Positions 34,830 through 47,052 of a stretch of 53,324 nt of DNA are shown piece after piece. The notes under the pieces were generated by a model. That model made no database searches. It worked only from the letters and a program-made list of their open reading frames with translations, and had not been told where the DNA came from. Every line of letters begins with the position of its first letter. Position 1 is the stretch's first letter. The translations under genes and the position numbers were made by a program. Source of the stretch: Macrostomum lignano (lineage: Eukaryota); contig NIVC01003769.1 of the NCBI GenBank assembly GCA_002269645.1, positions 1 to 53,324 on the forward strand. Direction: 5' to 3'.

Positions 34830-35915
34830 AATCAGGCTGCCTTCTGTCCCTCCCAGACCGCCGAGGCTGGACAGCCTCCGGCTCCTCGAGCAGCTCCTCC
34901 CAGTCCTGCCGCAGGTCACCGTCGCCGTCCGGGGGACTGCAGTCGAGAGACGGAGTCGGCTCAGGCGGCGGGCCCGCCAGCTACGGCCGCCGCGGGGTGA
35001 GACCTTCAGGCGGTCGTGGTGCACCACCGAGCTTGGCCGCCGCCCGGGGCGCTTGAAGATGCGGTAGCCCCAGCTTCTCTAGGACTCTGTAGGGCCCCAG
35101 CTTCTCCAGGACTCTGTAGGGCCCCAGCTTCTCCAGGAATCTGTAGGGCCCCAGCTTCTCCAGGACTCTGTAGGGCCCCAGCTTCTCCAGGACTCTGTAG
35201 GGCCCCAGCTTCTCCAGGACTCTGTAGGGCCCCAGCCTCTCCAGGACTCTGTAGGGCCCCAGCTTCTCCAGAACTCTGTAGGGCCCCAGCTTCTCCAGGA
35301 CTCTGTAGGGCCCCAGCTTCTCCAGGACTCTGTAGGGCCCCAGCTTCTCCAGGACTCTGTAGGGCCCCAGCTTCTCCAGGACTCTGTAGGGCCCCAGCTT
35401 CTCCAGGACTCTGTAGGGCCCCAGCTTCTCCAGGACTCTGTAGGACCCCAGCTTCTCCAGGACTCTGTAGGGCCCCAGCTTCTCTAGAACGGTGGCTGAC
35501 CGCGCCAAAGCGTTGGAGAGCATCAATGGCAACAGGGGAGCGACGGCCAGCGTAGCAGCGACCACAGTGAGCAACCCGATGGCCCATCGGTATGCGGCGG
35601 ACAACAGGGCGGAGGAAAAGGCAGCGCTCGAGGCAGAGGTGGCCGCGGCAGGTGCTTCAACTGCTCAAAGCCTGGCCACTTTGCCGCCCAATGCCCAGGT
35701 CGACATTCTGCTCCAGCGCCCCAGATCCCCTGCTACCGCTGCTCGGGCAGAGGGCACCGAGCCGAAGGCCTGTCCAACTCCGGCTTCGGAAAACTGCTGA
35801 GGACTGGTGACCGTGGGCCATCACCAGCCCTGCTCAGAAGGCCCGACCTGCATGACTCCATCTTCCTTCCCGCCAGCATCGCCGGCCAGTCGTGTCGGTG
35901 GCTGTTCGACACAAT
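34830..35915 (+). pseudogene. Ty3/Gypsy gag-pro relic interrupted by a minisatellite
   Basis: RGRCFNCSKPGHFAAQC and a second knuckle CYRCSGRGHRAE-(A)C (frameshifted); LEDAV..ADRAKALES capsid-end-like motif; protease start IAGQSCRWLFDT, truncated. Confidence 0.75.
35062..35487. repeat. 27-bp minisatellite, about 15 copies, inside the gag relic
   Basis: Unit GGACTCTGTAGGGCCCCAGCTTCTCCA. Confidence 0.97.
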
Positions 35916-37156
35916 AGGTACCAAAGACAACCATTAGGCACCAGAGAAACCCACTGGACACCAATTGTTAAGGCTCAATTGCAATTAGAATTTCATTTCT
36001 ACCCAAACGGTCTCAGACTTTCGCATAATTGCCAGGATTAATTTGAAATTCAGTGTTAAGTGGCAATAGTTTTTTAACGTTCCGTAATAAAATATTCATA
36101 AATATTTCCACAGCGGCTCAACGCTTAACTGTTGAAATAATATCAACACGTTTATTTTTAGAAAAAGAGTCAGAAAGCTTTTACCATAGCATACGTCTAT
36201 TATGAATATGAAATGTAAGCAATATGAGTAATGTTACACAAAAACTTTCTTTGAGATTCAATTTTTTTAGTTTTAAAAGTTGAGTTAGCTAGCTAGCTAT
36301 GCATGCATATATCGGTAACTTAAAAATTAATACTTTATAAGTACTGAATGAATCTTCAAAAGCGGCAGCTGGAAAACGTACTTTAAAACTCTTTAGTTTT
36401 GTTATAATTTCTCATTTTCAGACAGGCTGGCTGATTAATACTAAGAAGATTTTGAAACAAAATATAAAATTTAAAATGTAACGCAATCAAAGTTTACTTA
36501 GAATTTGTGTTAAAACATGGAAACATTGATTGAATTTTACTCTTAATGCTGTTGTAGGCTCAAATTGATCAGCATCTTTGCACTAAATTATGTGGCTAAC
36601 ATGTTTTCATTTTCAGTAATTTTTGAAAAAAAAATAAACAGGTCGCACGGGGTATACACTTTAAGGAAATTTTCCAGAAAAATAAGTTGTCAAACACGGG
36701 TAAAGGTTTGAATTGGCGAAAAAGTTTCCGATAGATAGCGCATATTTCTACCAATTCTAACAAATTTCAATTTCAGAATGATGAGTCATGGCAATATATT
36801 TTAAATATATCTTTATTGAAAAACCTAAAGATAGTAATATTCTCAAGAGATCACGTAATTTTAAACATAATTTTGACAATTTATGTAAACCTTTGAGACC
36901 TCGAATTGCAAAAAAAACATCAACTTTTGTCTTGTTGTACCAACCGCGATAGTGAACCCGCAAGTCGTGCCCCAGTCCGCTGACTTGCGAGTTATCTACT
37001 CATATTTTTTATTAATATAAGACTTATTATTAATATTAATATTAATATTAATTAATTTTAATTAGTTTATATAATTATAATAATAATAATAATTTAATTA
37101 ATTAATTAGAACTATTATTATTTATTTACGATTAATGACTTCGATTTAATATAGTG

Positions 37157-37986
37157 TTACAACGCCTCCGATACCTCCTCGAACCAACTATCGTATCTGG
37201 CATTTTCCGGCTGCTGCTGCAGCTCTTGCTGCTCCTGCTCCTGCTGCTGCTGCAGGTCACCCTCTGTCTCGGAGTCTCTCCCACTGACCCCCGGTGTCGA
37301 AGCCCTGCTCCGCCTGGTGTCCCGCAACTCCATGGCCACTTCGTAGCGATCCGCCTCCCTGCCGCCGATAGTCGACGCCATCGTCAAGTTGTCGTACTGA
37401 CCGACGTCCTGCTCGCATACGTCGAAACTTTCGTCGCCAATCTGGGTCTCAATTTGACGAGGCGAAACAACCACGGAGGATTTCGTAGAAGTGGACGGCT
37501 TGAAGGTTGTCAACTGGGCCGTGACGGTTGGTCGCAACGGCTGGTGCTGCGGATGATCGTGATGTTGCTCCATGTTCCATTTCCGGCTGAGGAACTCCAG
37601 AAACTGGCTGGCGGTGTGGCGCATCTCCGTTCCCGGAGGCTGAGAGCGAACGATTGACGCAGTTTGCACTGTTGGCTCAGGAATGTCGACATTGATGTAC
37701 AGCGGATCAGCGACGCTGGACAGTCTCGGTTCAACTGGCTTCTTCTGCGTCTCCGGCCTCTGCAGAGGCGCGTCGATCACAGTTTTGCCCTTCGGTATGG
37801 TCGACGGTTGCGGCCGCGGCTGCTTGCGAGTTTCCCGACGATGCTCTGTGGCTGTGCGCCGGAACCAGGCGAAGTGACAGACGACGATCGTTACTACTAG
37901 TAGTGCGGCCGCCATTAACGACAAGATTAGGGCCACGATTATCATCGGAGCGAAGGGAACGGTTGATGAGGCCGCCTGGGCTGATG
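37157..37986 (-). CDS. Transmembrane adaptor-like protein, exon 2 (TM + tyrosine-motif tail)
   Basis: Acceptor aattccag|CA phase 1; TM IIVALILSLMAAALLVVTIVVCHFAWF followed by RR; tail contains YINV, YDNL, YEVA and YDSW. Confidence 0.8.
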
Positions 37987-38074
37987 CTGGAATTCAAGGA
38001 TAGTATAGTAGATTTAGTAGACTATTAGTATCAGGTGAGACTGTGTGGGTGACTGGTAGAGGTGTCATTGGGGT

Positions 38075-38390
38075 AGAGTAGCGTCAAGAGGCAGAGTAGA
38101 CAGTAGAGTAGTATCAGGGGGGAGGCTATCTAGCAAGTAGAGTAGTGTCAAGCAGGAGGCAGAGTAGGCAGTAGAGTAGTGTCAGGGTGGAGGTAGAGTA
38201 GGCAGTAGAGTAGTGTCAGGGTGGAGGTACAGTAGGCAGTAGAGTAGTGTCAGAGTGGAGGTAGAGTAGGCAGTAGAGTAGTGTCAGGGTGGAGGTAGAG
38301 TAGGCAGTAGAGTAGTTTCAGGTGGATGTAGAGTAGGCAGTAGAGTAGTGTCAGGGTGGAGGTAGAGTAGGCAGTAGAGTAGTGTCAAAC
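38075..38390. repeat. 34-bp minisatellite in the intron of the adaptor-like gene
   Basis: Unit GTAGAGTAGGCAGTAGAGTAGTGTCAGGGTGGAG. Confidence 0.92.
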
Positions 38391-38432
38391 GAAATCAGTA
38401 CAAGTGGTGTAAACAAACGAACTCGTTCGCAC

Positions 38433-38481
38433 CTGGGCAGACCAGCAGAAGCAGCAGATTAGCAATTAGTTGCGGCAACAT
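38433..38481 (-). CDS. Transmembrane adaptor-like protein, exon 1 (signal peptide)
   Basis: MLPQLIANLLLLLVCP then a phase-1 donor G|gtgcga; joins exon 2 in frame to give ...VCPASAQAASS. Confidence 0.7.
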
Positions 38482-38876
38482 TTCCGATATAGGTAAATGA
38501 AAATTAAATTATAATCTATTTCTGTGCAACAGTCGGTACAATTTAATTCTATCGTTTTCTTATTCCTTATGACCTTAAGCAGCCGCAGAGGGTGCGCCAA
38601 CCACCTTGCCTTGTAGTCGAATAGTTTGCCTTCCTTTTTTCTGTCTGTCTCTCTCTCTTTTAAGAAAAGAGAATGAGATGAAAAAATTTCAGGGTAGCTG
38701 CGGCAGTGGTGGATTAGAAGTTGTAGCAAGAGAAACTCCTGCACTGAATCGCCTTCTGACGAAGTGCTTTATTGGGCATTGTGTACGACATCATCTACCT
38801 AATACTGCGCAGAACAGTGGGTTCTTCATTCGGTAGTGCAGTAGCCAGGCGTGAGGGCAGCATCGGGGCCGTTGAG

Positions 38877-39567
38877 CAGTGGCGTTCTCAGAGTGGAGGC
38901 GCAGGGAGAGGGGGGTCGCGACCACCCCAATCGCCCCCACAAAAAGCTAAATGAAAGAGGCAAACCAAAGCAAGCGCTCGACCAAAGTGACAGGAGCTCC
39001 AAATTTTGCCACCTTTTTTACGTGGCATGCAGCAGCTTAGGTACCGACCACCTAGGGACAGGGGCGCCCACCCAGAGACAGGGTTGTCCCCCAAGAGACA
39101 GGGCGCCTACCAAAAGACAGGGTTGTCCCCCAAGAGACAGGGTTGTCCCCCAAGAGACAGGGTTATCCACCAAGAGACAGGGTTATCCACCAAGAGACAG
39201 GGTTATCCACCAAGAGACAGGGTTGTCCCCCAAGAGACAGGGTTATCCACCAAGAGACAGGGTTGTCCCCCAAGAGACAGGGTTATCCACTAAGAGACAG
39301 GGTTGTCCCCCCAGAGACAGGGTTATCCATTAAGAGACGGGTTGTCCCCCAAAAGACAGGGTTGTCCACCAAGAGACAGGGTTGTCCACCAAGAGACAGG
39401 GTTGTCCACCAAGAGGGAGGGTTGTACACCAAGAGACAGGAGCGCCCACCAAGAGATATCAACCAAAAGACAGCTAGGAGCGCCCGCCCTATAAGATAGA
39501 GGCACCAACCAAGACACCAAATATAGTCGGCCCCTCTTATTGAAACTCTTGCATGCTTACGCCACTT
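38877..39567. mobile_element. hAT-type MITE with 8-bp TSD and internal 20-bp minisatellite
   Basis: TIRs CAGTGGCGT / ACGCCACTT; flanks CCGTTGAG and CAGTTGAG (7/8 match). Confidence 0.8.
39045..39465. repeat. 20-bp minisatellite (CAAGAGACAGGGTT(A/G)TCC(A/C)C)
   Basis: Seen directly; the same unit occurs inverted at 47890-48435. Confidence 0.93.
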
Positions 39568-41740
39568 CAGTTGAGCGTCTGTATACTGTTCATGAATTGC
39601 AGTTTTTTTTCTATTTATGCATTAGTCGGCCGCTGACGTGTTTTCACTATAACTGGCATTGAGCCAGTACACAGTGTCTCATATTGTCTCTTACCCTTTT
39701 GTCTTGGCTCTATCTGACTATATACTCCCTACTGCTGTATAAAACGTACAGCATTTGCTCGAATAGCTAAAATATAGTTTTTTTTTGGGCGTGTCGAATA
39801 GTTTCTCGAGCTGATACGAGAGCTATATACTCGTATAGTAGGATGTAATTTCGTGTACAATTAGATGCCTGATATGAAGTTCGTTGGAATCTGTGTACAT
39901 GTAACTCATGCCTACTTAATCTTCATGGAGAATATCTTTTTTGTGCGAAATTTGCAAATTGCTGTAAATTAATTTCAATAGCAATATTCGGCAGGATACT
40001 GTAGTACATGTAGATTTATTAATTTTTCGATTTTGAAACGAAACGATTCAACTGCAATCATACATGTATTAGATGCTATGTAAAAAATTACGTTAATAAA
40101 TTACGTGAATGTAGTAAAATTTATCTAACATGCCTTCTTACATCTGAATAAACATGTACCTGTAAATAGTGACTCCAAGTGAAGTGGAAGCTCGATTAAC
40201 GTTTTCATGGACTACGTACGCTTACACGGTAGCTGCTGCATATGTCATCAGCCCTCATGCAGCTCAACAATCTATGGCGCACTACAACAGCTGGACGTGA
40301 CTGGTTTGTCGACGTGCTCTGCGTAGCGGACGGCATTGAGGCAGCGAGAATTGAGACAACGAATTAGAAACTTCTCTGATGTCAGCGATGTCGGTATAAT
40401 ATATCTGCCGACGAATAGATATCTGATAGGATCTGTGGCCTCTTCGTCATTGCTTGGGCTGCCTTCTGTTTCAAGAGGTTGAGGTACTATAAAGTATTAG
40501 TTTCTGCTCCAAGACGCTGAGGGGTGGGCTCGAATAGAAATTGTTGACAAAGAGCACGAGCTGACAGCTGCTGCAAGTAGAAGCTGATTTCTAGTTCTGG
40601 ATCATCATGCAATGCTTTATTCACTCAAATTCATTAATGCACAAGTTTAGGCTTTAAGTCCTTTTACTTGAAAGATAAAGCTAAGAAAATGTAGCTAAAA
40701 ATCAGTTAGTTAACTAAACAGTAAACTAAACTCAAGAAAATGTATGTATATAAACCCGTCGACAATAAGTTTGTTAAAGATTTAAACAAACTCCTCAGGT
40801 TTTAAAATTGACAAAGCAAAACCAGCAGCAAAAAGACTAAGCTCAGCTTTTTATTTTGTTCTTGCTAAAGTTTTGGTATCATTTAGCTAATTGGCACAAA
40901 AACCCACGGTAAATAATGCTACTGAAATAACTTTTGATTTTAAGAATTCGACATTTTTTCTACGTTAATGGTTTGTGTGGGCGACGGCGTGCATGTGTTC
41001 TTCATCTACATTGTTATTGTTATTTGTTAATTAACGAATCGCTTCTTTACTTCTTTCAAACAACAAGTTTTCATTAGTTTCAAAAAATTAGCAAACGCTG
41101 GGAATAATGCGTAGAGTTTTCTTATCTTACAACCATTCCTATTTATGTTGTTTTCATATGTTACTTCTATCTATTGAGAAATATTGCGCAAGCGCAACCC
41201 ACTGGCAGACAGCTTGCATAGTTTAGCTCAAAAACAAAAGACCTTAATACTTTTCTTAAATAAATTCATATTTGGCTCCTGGTTTGACATTTGCAACTGT
41301 CATTCTATCTAATGTTTTAACTGTAACAAGACTGTTGTTAATAGTTTTATCAGATTTTTACCAATCGGGTAATTAAGTAAAGTCAAGCCAGTAAAGCATG
41401 AAACCAACAGTATAGCTTTTTAAAATTAACTTTTTATATTTGGAGTAGAAATATGATTAGATTCAAAATGCACAACTTTCAATTCATTCATTCAAATCAG
41501 CAGTATTGTTTTTAATTGACTAATTAGAACATGTTGATTAAAATGCTCCAAAATGAAAAAAAACCTATTTAAACTAGTTATTTCTATAAAAAATGAAAAT
41601 ATTTAACTCAAATTAAGAGCTAGTTTTATCATTTTGTCTTTTTATATTATATGTTTTATCTTTTGTCTCACTTTATCATTTTAAAACATGACTTTTGTTT
41701 TGCTGTGATTTATTCAATAAATTTTTTATTGACACTTATG

Positions 41741-41840
41741 ATGGATTCAAAGCGCAAGAAAGCACCCCGTCCAAAGTCGACTGATCCATCGAGCAGGCAG
41801 CTCTGGTTGCTGGCCATGAAGGAGGGCAAAACTGGAACTG
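41741..41840 (+). CDS. IQCE: IQCE exon 1
   Basis: MDSKRKKAPRPK...KTGT then donor G|gtgagc phase 1; the start could be the ATG at 41738. Confidence 0.7.
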
Positions 41841-42029
41841 GTGAGCTGACTAATAAAAAGTTATCCATTTTGTTGTCAAACACCCACTACTGAAAATTCT
41901 TAAGATTGATTCCAACAATAAAATGTCAGTGTAATATAAATAATACTGTAAGGTCAGTAAACGTCTTGAGCACTTTAGGGAGAAGCGAAACTTTAGTTAG
42001 AAAATTGGATCCTCTCTGATATGTGTCTC

Positions 42030-42600
42030 TGGTGTCTAATGAGTGTTTCTGGTGTCTAATGAGTCTCTGGTCAATGAGTGTCTCTGGTGTCTAATGAGTG
42101 TCTTTGGTGTCTAATGAGTGTGTCTTTGGTGTCTAATGAGTGTGTCTGGTGTCTAATGAGTGTCTCTGGTGTCTAATGAGTGTCTTTGGTGCCTAATAAG
42201 TGTTTCTGGTGTCTAATGAGTGTCTCTGGTGTCTAATGAGTGTGTCTTTGGTGTCTAATGAGTGTCTCTGGTGTCTAATGAGTGTGTCTTTGGTGTCTAA
42301 TGAGTGTTTCTGGTGTCTAATGAGTGTCTCTGGTGTATAGTAAGTGTCTCTGGTGTCTAATTGGTGTCTCTGGTGTCTAATGAGTGTTTCTGGTGTCTAA
42401 TGAGTGTCTCTGGTGTCTAATGAGTGTCTCTGGTGTCTAATGAGTGTCTCTGGTGTCTAATGAGTGTCTATGGTGTCTAATGAGTGTCTCTGGTGTATAG
42501 TAAGTGTCTCTGGTGTCTAATTGGCGTCTCTGGTGTCTAATGAGTGTCTCTGGTGTCTAATTGGTGTCTCTGATTCCAAAAAGATGTCTCTGGTGCCTAT
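42030..42600. repeat. 20-bp minisatellite in IQCE intron 1
   Basis: Unit CTGGTGTCTAATGAGTGTCT. Confidence 0.95.
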
Positions 42601-42743
42601 CGAGAGCCCCGAATTATCCTAAAAGATAAAATCTAAGATAAGAGCTGTTTATGCGTGTGTTTATTTAAAAAAGATACCAGATAGAAATTATATTATAAAG
42701 TTTACAAAATGCAAAAAATGTTGTGCTCAAAAACCCGCCACAG

Positions 42744-42988
42744 GTGCGAACAAAGGCTCACTAGGCCAGCAGTTGGATCCAACCGGTTTCACCAACTTGA
42801 AACTCAGCGGCCAAAAAGATGTTGGCTATTTGAGTACGTCGCACTACCTCAGACAGGTGGCCGGTACAGAGAAGGTCACCCCGCGCCCAGACTCCGCCGC
42901 TGCAGGCAAAGCCTCTGGCGGACTCACCGGCCGACCGAACTACAAGTCTGCCGAGGAGTACTATGATGAGGTCATCGCTTTGAAACGG
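42744..42988 (+). CDS. IQCE: IQCE exon 2
   Basis: ...PNYKSAEEYYDEVIALKR, similar to human IQCE PVYREKEDMYDEIIELKK; cacag|GT and CGG|gtgagc. Confidence 0.88.
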
Positions 42989-43004
42989 GTGAGCTCCAGC
43001 AGAT

Positions 43005-43640
43005 AGTTCTAGATCCCACTTCTTAGTGTCCTTCAGTCTCTAGATCCCACTTCCCACTGTCCATCAGACAGTCTCTAGATCCCGCTTTCCAGTGTCCTTC
43101 AGTCTCTAGATCCCACTTCTTAGTGTCCTTCAGTCTCTAGATCCCACTTCTTAGTGTCCTTCAGTCTCTAGATCCCACTTCCCACTGTCCATCAGACAGT
43201 CTCTAGATCCCACTTCCCAGTGTCCATCAGTCTCTAGATCCCACTTCCCAGTGTCCTTTCAGAAAGTCTCTAGATCCCGCTTTCCAGTGTCCTTCAGTCT
43301 CTAGATCCCACTTCCCAGTGTCCTTCAGTCTCTAGATCCCACTTCCCACTTCCCAGTGTCCATCAGTCTCTAGATCCCACTTCCCACTGTCCATCAGACA
43401 GTCTCTAGATCTCACTTCCCATTGTCCATCAGTCTCTAGATCCCACTTCTCAGTGTCCTTTCAGAAAGTCTCCAGATCCCACTTCCCAGTGTCCACCAGA
43501 AAGTCTCCAGATCCCACTTCCCAGTGTCCACCAGAAAGTCTCTAGATCCCACTTCCCAGTGTCCTTCAGACAGTCTCTAGATCCCACTTCCCAGTGTCCT
43601 TCAGACAGTCTCTTCTAGATCCCACTTCCAAATGTCCTTG
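43005..43640. repeat. ~31-35-bp minisatellite in IQCE intron 2
   Basis: Unit approximately CTAGATCCCACTTCCCAGTGTCCTTCAGTCT. Confidence 0.93.
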
Positions 43641-43688
43641 TGAATCTTGCGTCCTAAAAAACACAAATAAATTAAAATTTAAACACAG

Positions 43689-44076
43689 GAACTCAAAGCC
43701 CTCCGCGCGGAGATGAGCTCGATGAAGTCAAAGAACCGTCGCCTAGAAGAAGACTACCAGAAGCGCGAGAAGCAGCTGGAGAGTCTGTTCGATCCGACAA
43801 AAAACGCCGAACTCAGACGGGCTCTGGCTGATAAAAACGGCGAATCCGCCCTGGTAGTGCAGAGTTTGAAGCAGCGAATCTTCAAAACTCGAACAGCAGC
43901 TGAGAGACAAAGAGTCAGCTTTAAACAAACTTCAAAGCGATATGAAAGTGACAAAGACTGCCGAAATGAAGACCCAATTAGAAGTGCTGTACAAGGAGAT
44001 TGTGAGGCTGCGCAGCGCCAATCCAGCGGACGTGCTGTACTCAAATGAGCAGCCAGGTGGAGCCGGCATTGATCAG
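43689..44076 (+). CDS. IQCE: IQCE exon 3 (one extra A near 43885)
   Basis: KNRRLEEDYQKREKQLESLFDP...SLKQRIFK/LEQQLRDKE...KLQSDMK, similar to human KLRRLEEENSRKDRQIEQLLDP...GLKQRILKLEQQCKEKD...KLQTDMK. The exon is 388 bp, one base longer than the phases require. Confidence 0.9.
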
Positions 44077-44329
44077 GTAGGTTTTACCGATATGTTGTGT
44101 AAATAACTTTAATAATTCTAGGTTAACCAAATTGATGCATTGTTGCGGAGTTATTTTAAATTGTCAGCTCTTAACAAGCGCCATTTTTAAGTCCCACGGC
44201 ACTCTTTCGGAGTGGAGAGAGTGACGCCCTGCTTTGGTGTCATCTGACACTCCGATTTCGGCGCCTCTTGACACCTGACACTTTTGGCGCCTGCAGATGT
44301 TTTAATTGCCTGCCAACTGACAATATATT

Positions 44330-44780
44330 ACGGCGTTATTTTACCGCCGACTTAGCGACATCTGACGCCCTGTTCTAGCGCCAACTGACAACCTATTCTA
44401 ATGATATCTGATACCCTATTTTAGCGCCATCTGACATCCTTTTCTAGCGCCATCTGACACCCTATTCTAGCGCCATTTGAGACCCTATTTAGCGCCATCT
44501 GACACCCTATTCTAGCGCCAGCTGAAACCCTATTCTAGCGCCATCTGACACCCTATTCTAGCGCCAGCTGAAACCCTATTCTAGCGCCATCTGACACTCT
44601 ATTCTAGCGCGATCTGACACCCTATTCTAGCGCCATCTGAAACCCTATTCTAGCGCGATCTGACACCCTATTCTAGCGCCATCTGAAACCCTATTTTAGC
44701 GCCATCTGACACCCTTATTCTAGCGCCATCTGACACCCTTATTCTAGCGCCATCTGACACCCTATTCTAGCGCCGCCGAC
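44330..44780. repeat. 23-bp minisatellite in IQCE intron 3
   Basis: Unit TAGCGCCATCTGACACCCTATTC. Confidence 0.93.
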
Positions 44781-44843
44781 TTTCTCGACACCCCGGCCTC
44801 TATTTAACCGCACCCATTATTTTCGCGCCTCTCGACACTCCAG

Positions 44844-45012
44844 GAGCAGATGCCGAAAAAGACCGCTCAAAAGTTGGACGCCCTGACAGCGACGCTGCGC
44901 AAGGTGACGGACCAGAAGAACGCCCTGGCCGCCGAGAATGCCCAGCTGAAAAAATCTGAAGCTTCGCTGCAGGAACAGCTGGACGAGTTGGAAGGCACCA
45001 CAGCGATTCCGG
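44844..45012 (+). CDS. IQCE: IQCE exon 4 (coiled coil)
   Basis: ctccag|GAG...CCG G|gttagc; EQMPKKTAQKLDALTATLRKVTDQKNALAAEN. Confidence 0.82.
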
Positions 45013-45149
45013 GTTAGCTTTTTATTTCTACAGAATTTTACTGCTGACTTTATTAGCTGCTGCAGTAGCGTATGGCATCTGAAAATTAATAAGAAAAAAT
45101 ATTTATACAGAAAAGTAGGGTTTAGGATCGGGTGAAAGATTCAGGATAG

Positions 45150-45730
45150 GTACAAGAACCAGGATGAGGTATGCAAGATTCAAGATGTGATGTACAAGTT
45201 TTAGGATTACATATACAAGGTTCTGTACAAGGTGTACAAGATTCAGAACTAGGTGTACGAAATTCAGGATGAGGTGTACAATATTCAGGATGAAGTGTAC
45301 AATATTCAGGATGAGGTGTACAAGATACAGGGTAAGGTGTACAAGATTTAGGATGAGGTGTACAATATTCAGGATGAAGTGTACAAGATTCAGGATGAGG
45401 TGTACAAGATTCAGGATGAGGTGTTCAAGATTTAGGATGAGGTGTACAATATTCAGGATGAAGTGTACAAGATTCAGGATGAAGTGTACAAGATTCAGGA
45501 TGAGGTGTACAAGATTCAGGATGAGGTGTTCAAGATTTAGGATGAGGTGTACAATATTCAGGATGAAGTGTACAAGATTCAGGATGAGGTGTACAAGATA
45601 CAGGGTAAGGTGTACAAGATTCAGGATGAGGTGTACAAGATTCAGGATGAGGTGTAAAAAAATTAGTGAGTTGTACAGGATTTAGGATAAGGTGTACAGG
45701 ATTCGGAAAGGGGTGTACAAGATTCAGATT
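45150..45730. repeat. 21-bp minisatellite in IQCE intron 4
   Basis: Unit AGGATGAGGTGTACAAGATTC. Confidence 0.93.
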
Positions 45731-45831
45731 GAATAAATATTTAGAATCATCTAGAGAATTCAATAATGAGTACTAGTGAAAAGGCAGCTTGACTCAAAAT
45801 AAACATTAATCATCAACATCGTCTGTTGCAG

Positions 45832-45942
45832 AATCCTACCGCGATATGAACCGCAATCAGTTGCTAAGCAAGATTCGAACACTCGAACAAGAGAACGACC
45901 GTCTTCGAGTGGCTCCCATCGGCAGCGAAGATATTGTTAAAA
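45832..45942 (+). CDS. IQCE: IQCE exon 5
   Basis: ttgcag|AA...AAA A|gtgaga; YRDMNRNQLLSKIRTLEQE, similar to human YVEWSKPRLLRRIVELEKK. Confidence 0.85.
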
Positions 45943-46077
45943 GTGAGACAACAGGTTTTAAGACATTGTGTTGGTCTATTTTAGGAATGATTTATGAAAA
46001 TAATTTTTTTGATTTATAGGAGTAAAATAGATGAGACCTGGACAGAAAGCATAACTTTTTAATGGAGAATGGCTGAC

Positions 46078-46505
46078 ACTTAGAGTGACACGGAGAGTGA
46101 CACGGAGAGTGACACGGAGAGTGACACGGGGAGCGACACGGAGAGTGACACGGAGTGACACGGAGAGTGACACGGGGAGCGACACGGAGAGTGACACGGA
46201 GAGTGACACGGAGAGTGACACGGAGAGTGACTCGGAGAGTGACACAGAGAGTGACACGGAGGGTGATGCAGAGAGTGACACAGAGAGTGACACGGAGGGT
46301 GACATGGAGAGTGACGCAGAGAGTGACACGGAGAGTGACACGGAGAGTGACACAGAGAGTGACACGGAAAGTGACACGGAGAGTGACACGGAGAGTGACA
46401 CGGAGAGTGACACGGAGAGTGACACGGAGAGTGACACTTAGAGCGTTTTGGAGAGTGACGCAGAGAGTGACATGAAGATTGAAACAGAGAGTGACAGGAA
46501 GAGTG
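46078..46505. repeat. 12-bp minisatellite in IQCE intron 5
   Basis: Unit GAGAGTGACACG. Confidence 0.95.
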
Positions 46506-46572
46506 ACGCAGAGTTCGTGCTAAGAGTGAGTGGAATGGTGAGTACAATATTTTATTCGAATCCCAAACCCAG

Positions 46573-46726
46573 GCAAAATATCCCTAACTGGTAACGTGCG
46601 CGAGAAACTTGAGCTGCTGGATCGCCGGGAAACCGAGCTGCTAAGCGAACTGGCCGCTAGAACGGACGCTAACAAGCGTCTGATGGAGGAGCGGGACTCT
46701 TACAAACTGCAGCTGCAGGAGGCAAA
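46573..46726 (+). CDS. IQCE: IQCE exon 6 (coiled coil)
   Basis: cccag|GC...GCA AA|gtgagt, phases 1 to 2. Confidence 0.8.
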
Positions 46727-46744
46727 GTGAGTGTGCCATTAATT

Positions 46745-46995
46745 ATCGGCTTGTCAATGTGCATTGGCGATAGGGAGGCTTGTCAATGTACATTTAAAAT
46801 AGAGACTTGTCATTGCACATTGGAGATAGGGAGGCTTGTCAATGTACATTGGCGATAGGGAGGCTTGTCAATGTACATTGGAGATAGGGAGGCTTGTCAA
46901 TGTACATTGGCGATAGGGAGGCTTGTCAATTTACATAGGAGATAGAGGCTTGGCATTGTACAGTATGGAAGTAGTGAGGCTTGTCAATGTACATT
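46745..46995. repeat. 29-30-bp minisatellite in IQCE intron 6
   Basis: Unit GAGGCTTGTCAATGTACATTGG(C/A)GATAG(G/A)(G). Confidence 0.9.
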
Positions 46996-47052
46996 GCAGT
47001 AAGAAATTTTAAACTGAATGGTTTCTAAATAAAAATTCACTATTCTATACAG

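Noticed and set aside
34981-35604. Minus-strand ORF with a hydrophobic N-terminus and LEKLGPYRV repeats
   Set aside because: Antisense of the gag relic plus the 27-bp array
36960-37000. Hairpin CGCAAGTC...GACTTGCG followed by CTAC
   Set aside because: Could be a Helitron end, but it lacks the canonical CTRR terminus and no 5' end was found
46085-46441. SDTE-repeat ORF as a possible IQCE exon
   Set aside because: IQCE exons 5 and 6 join in phase without it; it is a 12-bp intronic repeat without clear splice sites
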